DNA of 60,465 nt, filler included, from Rhabdomonas costata (Eukaryota): the NCBI GenBank assembly GCA_019059605.1. It is 16 parts of 16 records of this genome, joined end to end, with 100 filler letters (N's around TTAATTAATTAA, not from the genome) between each part and the next. Parts side by side here need not be neighbours in the genome. Positions count along the whole stretch, not along the records: positions 22,746 to 26,434 come from JAHMHO010000606.1; positions 26,535 to 30,218 come from JAHMHO010000607.1; positions 30,319 to 34,007 come from JAHMHO010000608.1; positions 34,108 to 37,793 come from JAHMHO010000609.1; positions 37,894 to 41,578 come from JAHMHO010000610.1; 11 more parts are not named here. One strand, written 5' to 3'. This document shows positions 25,218 through 38,120 of this stretch, piece by piece (positions within the stretch are counted from its first letter, which is position 1; every line of letters begins with the position of its first letter). The position numbers were made by a program, and so were the translations under genes. A model generated the notes under the pieces. The model searched no databases. It was not told the DNA's origin and saw only the letters and a program-made list of their open reading frames with translations.

Positions 25218-26547
25218 TTGCCACGGTGAGCTCCCGCCTCGTGGGAAACACGCGGAAGCGACTGAAAAAACTGAACTAAGGGGGAAGAACGAGTGATCGC
25301 AGCCAGCGTTGGCAACCTTGGAACCCACAAAGCTTTCTGGCAGCATCGTAAATGCCCAAAGCTGTGCCACTCAAGCCGCTTTTTACTTTTAAGAGAAGCT
25401 TTAAGAGAATGCACGTTCTGAGCAGCAAGTACGTTTTAGGGACTGGGTTCTTCAATAGGCTAATTCAGTTGATGGAATATTTCTTTAAAGGTCGGAAACA
25501 ACCCTTGAAAAACCCAAGCAAGCAAACTTCTCCCAGAACCAGCAACTTCCAAATTGAATGCGTCAAAACACTGCCCCCGCACCTGCACCCCAACCTATAT
25601 CGCCATCAGTCCCCCCCAACCTTTATTCGCTTGCTAATGGTCTGTCTTGCCGTTTCTGCTTTCGCTGTATTCTGTTGCCTTTCCCTTTCGTACAAACCAT
25701 GACCATTGCTGAAAATTGGCCTACTTTCGGCACTTTAGCTGTTTACGGCCTGCGTGCACAGCCGATGCTTTTGGCCCGGGCCTGCTTTGCCCACCCAAGC
25801 GTAGACCTCAGGAGTGCTTCCTCCTGGTCTTCGAGTCGTCGGCTGGCCTTCCTGCCTGCTTCCAAAAAGAGAACAATTCAAAGGAAATGTGCACACAGGG
25901 GTTGACAAGTATTTTTCTTGCTGTTTGGGAGACCTAGCCCTTACCTACGGGGCCAGGAGGCGTGCACAGCAACCGGTCTCCCTCAAAATTCGGAGGCTAC
26001 TTCGCTGAAGAGGGAATACGCGATGCAAGCGAAAAACTGGGTAAAATGGAAATAATACGCGGTTGTAGTCATCCGCCCTCAACCTTTGCAACACGCAAAG
26101 CCTGCTGGAAACATACTGGATGCCCAAGGACAAGTCAGGTCATCCCTCTGTCTTTCATTTTTGGAGAGGCTCTGGTTTCTTCTTAAGCACGTTTAAGGGA
26201 CTGGATATTCAACTGGCTTGTTTCGTAAAAGATCGGGAACCCCGTCTTGAAAAACCCAAAACCCAAGTAAAATTCACCCATGACCAGCTACTTTCCGCAC
26301 ACGAAAACGATCAGATGCACTGCAAGAAAAAGGAACCCCCGAAATATCCAGGGGAAGGTAATCCACCCCCTGAACATCAAAGCCTCACAAAGCAAAATAA
26401 AAGAGAAAAGGTGAACGAGAAGGAACCAACAACANNNNNNNNNNNNNNNNNNNNNNNNNNNNNNNNNNNNNNNNNNNNTTAATTAATTAANNNNNNNNNN
26501 NNNNNNNNNNNNNNNNNNNNNNNNNNNNNNNNNNTTGTTGGGGGGGG

Positions 26548-29359
26548 AGTGGTAACAGAAAACTGGCGAACAAATTTTTTTTTGCTAAATTAACTAAAAA
26601 CGGTCACATAAAAATGCCATCACTCTCGAAATGACTTTATTTTTGTGTAAGGGGGTTAGGTAAGCTTTGTCAGTGCCCCCTAGATAATTGCATTTTCTAA
26701 GCAGCCGAAAACATGCTAGGTAAGGACTCGCCAAGGGCTGGGATATGGCCGAACAGGTAGGACAGCATTAGTTTAGTTCACTGAAAACGCACACCGGGAA
26801 CTGGTCAAAATTATCACAAGTGCCGCCAGCGTCACCCGACGAGGGACGGTAGGCGCCGTACCTAAGGGATGCTGGACCCCGGAGAAGTTGGACTGCGCGG
26901 GGAACGCAAAGAGCCGTCGACCACCGCGCCGCGGCGCGGAGAGGCACCGGAACACTTCCTCCTCGTGGGCGCGCAGCTCCGGCCCGTACACGTTCAAGAC
27001 CTTCACATCGGATTGAGGGCTCGCTCTGGTGGCATACTCCCGCAGGGCAGTGATGGAGTTGTGGTTGTCCAGAAGGTACAGAAGCTCCCCATTCTGGAAG
27101 GGGTAGGACTCCGCCACAAGCTTCACCGCGTTGGAGGCATTCAGAGTGAATATAACCTGCGGCAAGGGCAGACCCAAATAGTGGTGTCAGTAATGCATAT
27201 TTGAATCCTTGGGGGCACGTATCCCAAGGCTTGCATCTTTCGGTGGGCGGTTCTTTGTTTGAAGGCAGCCCAAGAGAGGGTGAGGAGGAGGAGTGAAAAT
27301 TACTTGCAACAACAGGGGCAGACTTTTAACGAGTTGACGCCCACTCCAGAAACAGTAAAGTGGCTTTTCTACACACGCCAGCGGCGACAAAATAAAGTAC
27401 TCCTCGGACGGCCTCTCAAGCAAAGTAGTCCTCACAGCCAAAAGGCTTTGGACCAGAAAGATACAAAACGGCTTCATTGTCAGAGGAGCCTCAGCGCGAG
27501 CGCTGCGCTCTGTGCCTCACCGGCACTCCCCGCTACAAAGGGCACACCACGGGCCTGTCAGGCAAAAAACCACACTACTACCAGAATTGGTTCACGGTAC
27601 ACAGTACTCTCTTGCGCTGGGGTGAATTAGGCATTTACATAGCACAACAAGCAGTCATAAAAGCTGCTTCGGAACAACCCTAACCCGAGAGGGATGCACT
27701 CTTTACAAAACCCCCTGTGGTACACTCCGACAAAAAGAACATTAGCAAACGCAATCGAAACTTGCCACAAGGCTCACACCTCGTAGTGGTCCACCAACGC
27801 ACCAAAGTACGCACGGACGCTCTCGCGGGCATCCTCTACAAGATAGTTAGCGCGCTCTGAGGTTCCGTTTCTGGAGTGCGGGTTGCCCAGCACGTTCACC
27901 CGCAATAGGTCCATAAACTTCTGCAGCTGCGCCCTCTCCGCATACAGCCCGGCACCGGTGTAGTCCAGGTAGACGTCAGACTCTCGACGTGTCAGCCGCC
28001 CGAACTCCCTCAGACGAAGGGTAGCCATGACGTCGGCATCGTAAACGGGGTACTGCTTGAGGAACTCTTGAAACTCGGGCAGTGCTTTTTTTGTAGAGCA
28101 CGCCGAAAAGAAAGAAAAGCGGCTCTGCTTCGCTCGAAGGAGCTTCCCACCAAAACCATTTCAAGAAATGGCAAATCTCAAAATAAAAAGGATCCGAAAT
28201 CAGCATTTCCCGGCATTCTATTCTTTCTTTGCCAAAATTGACCATTTTTCAGTTCTCCTAGAGACTGAACAAGTGAAAAAGGGGAGTCATAATGCAGGAG
28301 AGAATCTGAGGAAGGACTGTGTACTGGGGTCCAAGAGGGCCCTAGGCAGTGAGTCCAAAGGTCCGGATTATTGGCCATTTTCTGCAAAATAGAGAAACCT
28401 TTTTAAATTGAATTTTTGTGGTAAATGCTGTTGTGTTTGGCGGGGCGTTAAACGTTCACCGCCGTTAAACCGTCAAAAATTTAATCGTCATCTATGGGGC
28501 AGTGGTACTGCAAACCCTAACCCCTTTCGGCAAAATAACACAAGTACTGGGTACAGTTTACCAAATCCCGTGCTCAAAAATATTTACGTTGCTGATTATA
28601 CCGAAAATCTTTTGTTAAACGTTGTTAAACGTTTACCACCGCTAACCAAGAAAAGTCAAATAGTGGCAGGACCCCGCCCCCAGTGGCACATCCCCGTCTC
28701 ATCCGGCCACTCCGGCAGCGCCGCAGGCTGGCCTCTCCCAAAAAATAATGCTGACCCAATTGATCCGCAAAGTCACACAACGTTTGACACCTGCTTCGCT
28801 CCAACTAGCTTCACCCCAGAACCAATTTCAAGATATGGCAAGTGCTGAAGGGTTGTACAAATTCCTGGCGAGGCGAAAGTGGGAAATTAAAAGTGGGAAA
28901 GAATGCGCTCGAACCCCTCTAAAGCACACGTCCGTCCGTCCGTAAAGTACGCTTCCCCAACAATAAAAATCATTCCCAAGAAATGCTGTTGTATTTTTTC
29001 TGGGGGAGGGGCGTTGAATGCTTAATGCCGTTGAACGGTCGAAATTTAACACTTCGAAAATCGTCTTCAGGGGGGCAGTGACACAGAATATCTCAAACAA
29101 AAAATGGCCCAGACAACCCAAGGGCACCACCCACGTCAAGCGGCATCCCAATGAGTGTGCGCTCCCTCTTAGCGGAATTTTATGCGTTCACCCCCTCCAC
29201 AAGAAAAGTACACCCCCCCCCGGGGGGGACCAGTGGTAACGGTTGAAAGTGGTAACAGAAAATTGATTGATACTTTGCTTTAATTAAGTGAAAAGGGTCA
29301 GGAGTAACATGCCAACACCTAAATAGTGTTTATTAGGTCAACTTTTCCAGTGCTTCCTA
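26548..29359. repeat. Two diverged copies of a dispersed ~110-135-nt repeat (26548-26682 and 29248-29359)
   Basis: Colinear shared blocks agtggtaacagaaaa, aattaa, ggtca, atgcca.cac, ttaggt, cagtgc..ccta in the same orientation. Confidence 0.6.
26862..28084 (-). CDS. Molybdenum cofactor sulfurase-like PLP enzyme (aminotransferase class V), partial
   Basis: Exons 28084-27780 (EFLKQYP..LREFGRL..VYLDYTGAGLY..GNPHS) and 27156-26862 (VIFTLNAS..KLVAESYPF..DNHNS..LFAFPAQSNFSG) joined by a GT-AG intron. Confidence 0.9.
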
Positions 29360-29387
29360 CAGGAGCGCTTATGCTTAGCACCTCACC

Positions 29388-29750
29388 TCACCAACCTGGG
29401 CCAGCGAACTTGTCGTCCACCCACATCCCATCCAGGAAGCGTCCATCCTGAAGCCTTAATTCCCCGCGGCCATGCCTCACATCATGCCTCCACTCCCCGG
29501 TGTAAACGGCCCGGTTGGAGTAGGTCTGGGTCCCCCGCCCACTTTTCTCGCCATCCTTCCATTCCCCGTCGTAGCTCTCCCCATTGGGCTTGGTCCTCAC
29601 CCCGCGACCGTGGGGCCTGTCACGTTTCCACATCCCATCATACACAGTCCCATCCCGCTCGGTGAGCTTTCCCTGCCCGTGTTTCTTGCCATCTGTCGCT
29701 GCGACGTCCCCCTCGTACCTGGACCCGTCAGGGAACGTCAAAACGACCAT
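29388..29750 (-). CDS. MORN-repeat protein (about 5 repeats); possibly first exon of the downstream sulfurase-like gene
   Basis: Repeated Y.G.W....HG.G units; ATG at 29750 preceded by pyrimidine-rich ..ttcag. Confidence 0.9.
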   Translation of the reverse strand: MVVLTFPDGSRYEGDVAATDGKKHGQGKLTERDGTVYDGMWKRDRPHGRGVRTKPNGESYDGEWKDGEKSGRGTQTYSNRAVYTGEWRHDVRHGRGELRLQDGRFLDGMWVDDKFAGPGW

Positions 29751-30600
29751 TTGCCTGAACAGCACACAATGTGCAAAGCAAATAAAAAACAAAGAGCAAA
29801 AAGAGAAAAATAAACACTTTGCTCTGATCTCCAAACCACGCTCATGAATTCACGTCGTATCTGCCCATGACTATTCAAGAAAAATCACTTTTTTACCCTC
29901 CCGTCCGATGCATTTGGGGTGTGTTAAACGGTGTAACGTTATTAAACGGTGTGTTACAACATTGGACTTGTTCGTATTGGGGTACCTGTCCTCAGTTTTT
30001 CTGTTGTTTTAGAGGCTGTCTTCGGTGATTTTGCCCGGGAACAGCGAAGAACAGTTTCCAGGAGTTGCCTAACAAAAGGGACAGAGTTATTTGGCATAGG
30101 TAAACTTATTCGACACACAGGATAGAAGAAGAACTGTGAAACCTCACTGGAAACAGCCGTCCTTGATGCACTCCAACAAGCAAAAGAAAGGGTCAGAGTC
30201 ATCTGGGAGGTTTGCCCGNNNNNNNNNNNNNNNNNNNNNNNNNNNNNNNNNNNNNNNNNNNNTTAATTAATTAANNNNNNNNNNNNNNNNNNNNNNNNNN
30301 NNNNNNNNNNNNNNNNNNTGTGGGGGCAAATTCAGCTGCGCAAAGGTACCAAATTAACCACCACAGTGGCGCTTTCGATGTTAGACGACCAGCAAGGTGT
30401 TAAGCAGTCCCCACATTCAGAGCATCAGAATGACTGACTCTTCGATGGTGGTTGGAGTTGGAGATAAAGGAAATTATAATGTTGGAGAGTTGAAGAATTC
30501 TCGTCCTTCCGAATCCGCGATATGCGCAGCATGAGCAGCATCCCCAACCCAAGGCAGCATGCGCACAACCAAAGCTGAAGAAGAGGAAGAGGAAGAGCAC

Positions 30601-33600
30601 CTTCGTAGGGAGAGGAAGCTGGTTTCGAGCCGAGAGACCTCGGTCATCCGTGACAGCTTCGGTCCAAACTCGGGCACGCCCTCCAGCTGCAGGACAGCCA
30701 GCCGGTCCATCCCTGCTGCAATCCATTGCAAAGGGCGGCTCAGCTGAATGGAGATACCCACAGCGAAGCATACTGCGCCCACCAGGACGAGGCAGAGAAG
30801 GATCATGAGACGGGCGTTGGTGCCGTAGATGCCACTCAGGGTGGCGGCCGTGTTGGCCTCGATGACGCCCATTCGGGAGGCCCGATCGATGAGCAGCACC
30901 AGGTTCATCCGTAGCAGATGCTGCAGTCGGAAGAGCAGGCAAGTGGCTTTGGGAGCGGGACTGACCACCCAGCGGCTCGGCAGAGAATTCGTTCATTTAG
31001 CACCGCTACACGTTTAGCACGGAGCATCGTCCACCTCATGGAACGTGCCAACCCATCCGACCGCTCTGTGCCGCGGACTGGCCTCTGAGGCGTTGGCAGC
31101 GGCACGTAATAATCTCATCGCATTTTCTGCCGAAGCCCAGCAATTACAAGTCCACAGATCCCGATTCCCTACGTTTTTTATATCACACATCCCCAAACTT
31201 CACCCTCGCCTTTGCCGTGACCTCACATCCTCTTTTCGCGCCTAGCAATCCAGAGCGACGCAATCACTGGGAAACCACGAACCCACAGGATCAAATCAGC
31301 GGGTGGTCCAACCCTCTTGACGCTGGTGGGGGGGCATCCAGTGGCAACACTTTCTGCAACAGCTACCCGCACCGGCGGTGTCGCGGGCTGACCCTCACCC
31401 ACACTGTCCCACTCATCAACCAAATACCAGCAAATCCTCCAGCAGTACTCTTGCAGCGCTGGCTTCAGCTAAACCCCTACTTAGGCTGAATATTAAAGTC
31501 CTTTCGTACGCGCTAGCCAGTTTACGCTACCGCCTTCTACTAATAAAACAAAAATTCGCTTACTGAAAAGAAAAGGTTAATTGACTCGACTTTGTGAGCC
31601 ACGATTCATTTGAGCATAGAATACTACCTTGCAATGCACCCATCAGTACCCAGAATTAAAAATTCACCGCCCACGCCATGCTCAACCCCATCAGTGTCGT
31701 CGTTCACATCTTCTAACATTTTCAACCTTTCACTCCGTCCTGGTCAGAAAAATGGAAATGCATCACCTCCCCGGTCAGCACTGAGTTCGCCAGCCAGTAA
31801 TCCTCGCCGTCCAGAGGAACGGTCGTGATGAGCCCAGGGAGGAATTCCCAGCTCAGATAAGCGCCGATCAGCCACTCCGCGGCCTCCCGAATGATGGAGT
31901 CCGTCGAGTTCAGCATAGTGTATCGCCGGAACAGTGCGATGGGAGGGGGCTTGACTATCGGGTTGTTCTTGCTGAAGTCAAAGTCACTGTGACCAGTGCA
32001 CAAGTAGTTTCGCTCGCGGGCGCCCTCACCTGGACGGGAACCTAGTTCACGGCTCAGGAAAGAAAGATCAAGTACTATATCGCGGGACCCCAAAGGGCTA
32101 ATTGGCAAGTTGTCATAAAATTAATAATCAACTTATCATCGAATTGTTGTAACTGGTCATAACAATGCCCACAGATGCACAAACTTCCTTCCTCAGCAAC
32201 AGTGGAGGGGAACCCAAAAACCTGTGGCTGAAGAACTTCCCGTGGGAGGCACCAATCAGGCTGCCTGCGGGATTGTGAAAGCTCAGCGCAAGCCTCTCCT
32301 TCGGGCCATTCAGCATTGACCTCAGGAAGGCGCTCACCATGTACGTCTCAGTGTACACCTGAATCTCATGGGAGGCCAGCCCATCATCGAAGGGGACGTG
32401 ACATTCAAAGTACAGTAAGGGCAGCCCCGTGACCGGGTGAAAATACAAATCATGCCGCCACTTGAAGTATGCCGGAGTGGAAGGATCCAGAATGACAGTG
32501 CCCAGACCCGAGCTTGAGGAAGATTGGTAGAAAGAGTACCGTTTGGACCCTGATATCTGATCCAAGACGTAGTAGGTCACAGTGGTGCCGTTGCGGAAGG
32601 GGTTGATGATATTTTCCGAAGTGTATATAGTCGGCACTCGGGCGTTCGTAAAAATGTTCAGATCATGCCGAGTCAGCGAGATCCACTGCACGTCGGAGAC
32701 CAGCGTCTGCTGTGGGTAGCTGTGAGCCAGGCAGAAATTGCCTTTCGCCAATGGCGGACTTAGCTCTTTGCTCGAAACAAAATCTCTTTCCTTCTTTCGG
32801 TGTTATCCTCGCTTCATTTCCTAAAAGGGCGGAAATTTATTAAAATATGGGACATGACTGCCGAGTGAAGGGATCCTTTGGCAAAAAAAAGCAAGTCAAA
32901 CCAAATAGAGATAAACCCCTCAACACGCACTTATGCACTGTGTCCGAAAACACGGAGTATCCGATGGCGTAAATGAACGGGCTCGACTTCAGAGGGTAGA
33001 ACAGCAGGGGGTAGATCCGGGGTAGCGCCACGGTGGAGAAATTCCGGCCGATCGTGCGGCCATCCCACTTCAGCATCCCCGAGCCCTCTAAGGTCATCAC
33101 CAGGGTGGTCAAAAGCTGCATCGAGGGCGTGATCATAGCCATGAAGGTGGTCGCGGCGTTTTCCATCAGTGAAGTCAGCAGCTGAGATGCAGCCTCCTGG
33201 AAGTGCACAGAGGAGACAGAGGAGGTGGACGGGGGGACATATTGAAAGGCCTAAAAAAATCCTTGAGAAACAGCTGATGGTGATCAAAACAAAATGATTA
33301 GTGAAACTGAACTCGGTGTGATTAGCATCGCCCGGCAATGTACCGGATATCCTTCCGGAGAAGGAGAGTCACTCTCCAACAGCATTCAAACCGCGGGCAG
33401 TACTTACTGCGTACAAAACCTTAGTGGACTCAAACGAATCCAGTCTTCAACAGCTGAATCGGCAGAATAACTACAAAGCTGCAGGTGACTCAGCAAAGAC
33501 AGACCTCCACGGATCGCCGGCCCAGGGCGTTCACACTTTGCACCCCTCCATTGCCGGCGTCCCAAGACACCAGCCACAGAACCAGCGCCGGCGCCAAGGT

Positions 33601-33861
33601 GAACACACACATCGTCACAAGGATCACGGCTTTCAGAGGCACCCTTAGCTTTGACTTGTCAGGGGTCTCCTGCACAGGAAAGGGCTCTGCCCAGGCCCTT
33701 GCGGACTCCAGCGCGCAGTGGTCGGCCACGGTGTTGGACCCAAAGATAAAGGACCGCTCTGCGACGGGGGTGGTTAGGGTAAGAGTTCGAAGGGATCCGC
33801 TCAGCACGTCGGCAGCAGACATCTGCTCCCTCCGAAAGTGCTCTGAATCAGTCCTTTGCAT
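30601..33861 (-). CDS. Two-TM receptor with a large extracellular domain and HAMP linker; likely receptor-type class III nucleotide cyclase (catalytic part beyond the contig)
   Basis: Phase-consistent exons 33861-33505 (TM1), 33196-32939, 32709-32222 (LIGASHGKFFSH), 31986-31734 (SDFDFSKNNP), 30920-30601 (TM2, then RPLQWIAAGMDRLA..SRMTEVSRLETSF). Confidence 0.7.
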
Positions 33862-34107
33862 TGTGTGGGAATTGCTTTCTGAATAATGGGAAGGAAGGAA
33901 GCGCAACAGGAGGGAGGCTTCTTCAAACAGACTCCCTCGCTACTGCTGGGAATCAATCTTCAGTGTGAAGATCCCTAAAAGGGAGAAGAAGAAAAAGAAA
34001 AACCAACNNNNNNNNNNNNNNNNNNNNNNNNNNNNNNNNNNNNNNNNNNNNTTAATTAATTAANNNNNNNNNNNNNNNNNNNNNNNNNNNNNNNNNNNNN
34101 NNNNNNN

Positions 34108-36664
34108 TGTGGTTGGGGACTGAGTGCTGAGAGGGTCAGAGAAGACCCCCTTCATCTCGTTGAAGACAACCCCCTTGAAGGTCTGCGCGCCAAGTGCACG
34201 GGCAAAATGAGAGCGGCGTAACAGCATTGTTTCGGTCCGGGTTTCCAATGGCGTGGTTCGGGAGGAGCGTGTGCCAGAGAATCTCATGCCGGAATTGTGC
34301 ACTGCGAAGGGAAAGGGAACCCCACCTCATCAGAAAACAGCGAAACAGTTTTCCACTGTTTCAAAGACCTCGTGAACCCGCCTCATTGACTTTTCGAGAA
34401 AAAGCCGCTGGTTGTTGACTTCCTGAGTGGTGCGCAGAGTATTCCCTCCAAGCTGCCTCAAGAATTCGGCACGAATGCAACGACGGCAAAAGAGCAAGAA
34501 CCGTCAGCATGGTGGTTTCAACACTTTGAAGAAAAAGCTACGATTCTTTTGAAACCTCTTCCAGAGGAAAATTGACGAAAACCTAATGTGTGAGCATCTG
34601 GAGCACAGAGACTGGACCCCCCGTGTCGGGGGTCAGTCAGTCAGTTATTGAAAACTCACCTCAACAGCACTGCCACCATAATGCAAGAAAAGAACCCTCC
34701 AAGAGGGGAGCCTGAGCAAGGTCATCACCGGTTACACACCAAAGCCTTGTCCGCGTCATCCAGCTCGTAGTGCCAGCCCTCCTGGGCGTACACGGCAGGG
34801 TCCTCAATGGCTCGGGGGTGCAGCACGGCGTCCAGGTATACGTGGACCAGGTTGTAGAAGTCCCTCAGGTTGCACGACGCCACAGGAAAGATGGTTCGGT
34901 CCGAGAAGGTGAACGCGTTCACGAAAGTGGCCAGAGAGCCCTTCATGAGCTCAGCAAGTGGCGCCTGAGCAGAAAATTTCTTGCATTGACTTTTTAAGAC
35001 AGGGGCGTTTTTTCTGCTGAACGCGTTCACTGTTGAAACTGTTTTAACTCGGATTTGCGGACAATATGGCAGGATTATTTCAGGGGTCTGACCCCGGGCG
35101 GCTGGGTTGGGATTTTCCATGAGGTTTAGCTGTGCAAAACGATCAGTGTTTTTGGCAATCATATTTTTAGGGAGGTGCAGGAGTTGGGCAACCTGCAGCG
35201 AGGCAGTTCTTTCAGCATTGAGGAGTTACCAACGCTGTCCTCTCGCACCCGAAACATCCACAATCTGCTAGACACCACAAATCGTCGTTCAGCGCCCCCC
35301 CCCCAAAGAAATACCAAAAGGCATACTGCTGGAAACATACAGCAAACATGCCCCTGCGAAGGCTCTGAAAACCTGCAAACCATGTTTCCAACTGAATGCA
35401 CATATGTTTCATAGAGCATGCAAAGTGAGGGACGGGCGCTGTGCCTTCACGGGGAACTTCCGGCTGCCACAAAGCACGGAGTGCTCGAGGATGTGGGGCA
35501 TCCCGCGGCCGTTGGTGACCGGGGTGCGGAAGGCAGCGACGAAGGTCTTGTTCTCGTCGGCCGAGGAAATGGAGACCACCTTGGCCCCACACCGGTGCAC
35601 CAGCACCAGGGCCTGGGCGTCCAGCTCCGCAATGTGCTCTGCACGAAGCACCTGCGCACGGCCATTCGCACACAGATAAGGCTGGCGACTAGGTACGTCA
35701 CTCGATCAGGGGACAATAGCGCTTTCCTCTGGTGTTCTGGTACTTCGGTGCAAGCCGAACACAGGGGGTGAGATCTCACGCGCCCTGCGAGGGATGTTTT
35801 CATATCATTTGAGGCCGCTACAAACCGCTTTCTAAGCTGGACTACCACAATATACATCATGCGATGTCCCGTGTCCAAAGTCTGGCGGGGCAGCGGGGAA
35901 GAGTGGAATCTCTGTCCCCAAAATTGAAAAGAGAGCGGAAGGAATCGAAAAATCGAAAGAAAAAAATGGGGAGGATGGACGAGCAGGAAAAAACACAGGA
36001 GAACAGAAACTAGGGGACACATGGCCATGGAACATGGAGTGACTGGCATTTTCTGATTTACCGGCTGTTTTCTCAGCTGTATGTCGCCCCCCCTTCCCCG
36101 AATTGCCCTCCGCAGTAATTTCACCAAATGCGCTGCAAACGCGTGTTCCGCCGACGCCCACAGTTGTGGTTTGCTCCTGTGTATTGCTTTAATGGTACTG
36201 AAACCGATGCTGAAACCCCAGAAGCTGGACAAAGTTGGTAGGATGTTGGGGCAGTTTTCATGCTTTCAACCGACACAGTAGTATGAAGCACCCCAGAAGG
36301 TCACACTGTGGCGGGAAGCCTACGATACACGTGAAGGGAGCGGAGCAGAGTCATTCACAGTGTGGGAGGGGGGGGGGAGATCTCCGACAAGAAACCAAAA
36401 TTGCCCCATCCGAGCTGGCGACACCATGCCTGCGAGATATTTGCGGGCTTGGGGTGTTTTTTTTGGGAGTGAGAGGAAGCAATGAACCTTGAAGCCGTGA
36501 ATTTCCGTTCCAAGCCGTGGCCGCACTGCGGAACTCGCAGACTGCACTGAGGGCGAAGCGACCGCCCGCTGCACCTGAGGGTGACTGGCGGCAAAGCGGA
36601 ATCCATGGCGAGACCACACCCTACTCGTCCAAAAAATCAGGCGTCTCGGCGGAATCCGGAGCAT
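34108..36664 (-). CDS. PITRM1: Presequence protease (peptidase M16C; PreP/Cym1), N-terminal part with predicted mitochondrial transit peptide
   Basis: Exons 36664-36488 (Arg/Ser-rich leader), 35651-35445 (FRTP..HILEHSVLCGSRKFPVK, the HxxEH motif), 34964-34740 (KGSLATFVNAFT..YLDAV..QEGWHYEL), 34182-contig end (FKGVVFNEMKGV). Confidence 0.95.
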
Positions 36665-37893
36665 CACGTCAAAGCCACAAACAGACAGCGATGCGCAGAA
36701 ATAAAAACAGAAGCCGCCTGTCCGCGAGGCAAAGGACGGTAGATACTGTCTTGGTTGGGGGCACCAATGGTAAGTGCGAAAAATGAAGAAGCTAGGATTT
36801 CACCAGCCGCGGTTGAGGCAAAAACGACCCCTTTTGGGGCGAAACGATTCCGAACAGTTGGAGGAGGACCAAATAGCCGATGGTGCAACCATACCATAGC
36901 GACGTACGAATCGGGCAAATGGCGATCGGCGCACTATATAATCCGAGAATTTTCTGCTGCGGCTTTCACCGCGGAGCTCCCCTAATCATCGTACTCGTCG
37001 TCAGTGAGGCCCAGAGCATGAGGGAAGCAAACGCAGCGTCGCACAAGTTCACACGGCAATTCAACTGCAACCAAGTAACCGCCAACACAAACCCCGTTTG
37101 AGCTGCAGAAGGGTCATTTTCAAAATGCTCAGCTGCACCAGAACCAAAAAAGATATTGCAGTAACAGCTGACAGCTGCTTCAGCAAGCAATTATGTCAAC
37201 AGGAATTACCGGCAGTTTACGTCGTAGCCTGATGTAAGAAATCCGCTTGCCCCCAACAAAAGAATAAAAGATCAGCAATCACACCTCACAGGAGTGCATA
37301 AGGTGTGCAACACGGTAAACACACACACATACTAAGAGAGCAGAAAGAGTGCCCGAAAATGATGGAGAGACAGACAGGTACGACGCACGTGTTTGAGCAA
37401 TCCACCAGAATGTTTCAAGGAAAAAGAAAAAATAGTTGCCGCGCGCTTTCTTGCCGGTCCGCTCGCGAGTGGGGCGGTCAGCACAGGCACACACGGGGCA
37501 GCTGGAGGGGAGGGGGAGATTCCACAAAAAGTGCCGCAGGTTGGCAGACAACAGGAGAACTTGTGCGCACAAACCCCCGACGCCTGAAAAATCCGTGGTC
37601 ATGAGGCAGCGGGAGAGAGTGGTTGCACCATGTGTGACAACAAAGGTATGATGTGGTGCAGAGGTTGAGAAAGAAAGTGTGAGGATTCCGGAGTAAGCCG
37701 AAGCCACAAACACTCATGACAGCATGTCGAAATGCAAGGAAACGAGCGAGGGGAAAGCCAGGGGAAAGATCACTCACCATAGTAAAAACAAAANNNNNNN
37801 NNNNNNNNNNNNNNNNNNNNNNNNNNNNNNNNNNNNNTTAATTAATTAANNNNNNNNNNNNNNNNNNNNNNNNNNNNNNNNNNNNNNNNNNNN

Positions 37894-38120
37894 TCCTGAT
37901 GCTTTCTGGTCGTACTTTTGCTTTGTTACCAATTGTGAACGTATCTTTGCACACCACCACCACCACCACCACCACCTCAGATATGTTTTTCTTAGAGCCG
38001 CGCGTGCCTGAGTCTGGCCCAAGAAAAGCATATCTGAGGTGGTGGTGGTGGTGGTGGTGGGGTGCAAAGATACGTTCACAATTGGTAACAAAGCAAAAGT
38101 GCGACCAGAAAGCATCAGGA
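37894..38120. repeat. Long fold-back inverted repeat (~105-nt arms, short loop) containing (CAC)n/(GTG)n
   Basis: tcctgatgctttctggtcg... pairs with ...cgaccagaaagcatcagga, with a few mismatches. Confidence 0.95.

Noticed and set aside
34235-34300. Intronic FRHEILWHTLLPNHAIG as a misplaced or scrambled PreP exon
   Set aside because: The resemblance to the next PreP segment is weak, lacks the SGGDP motif, and has no supporting splice sites.
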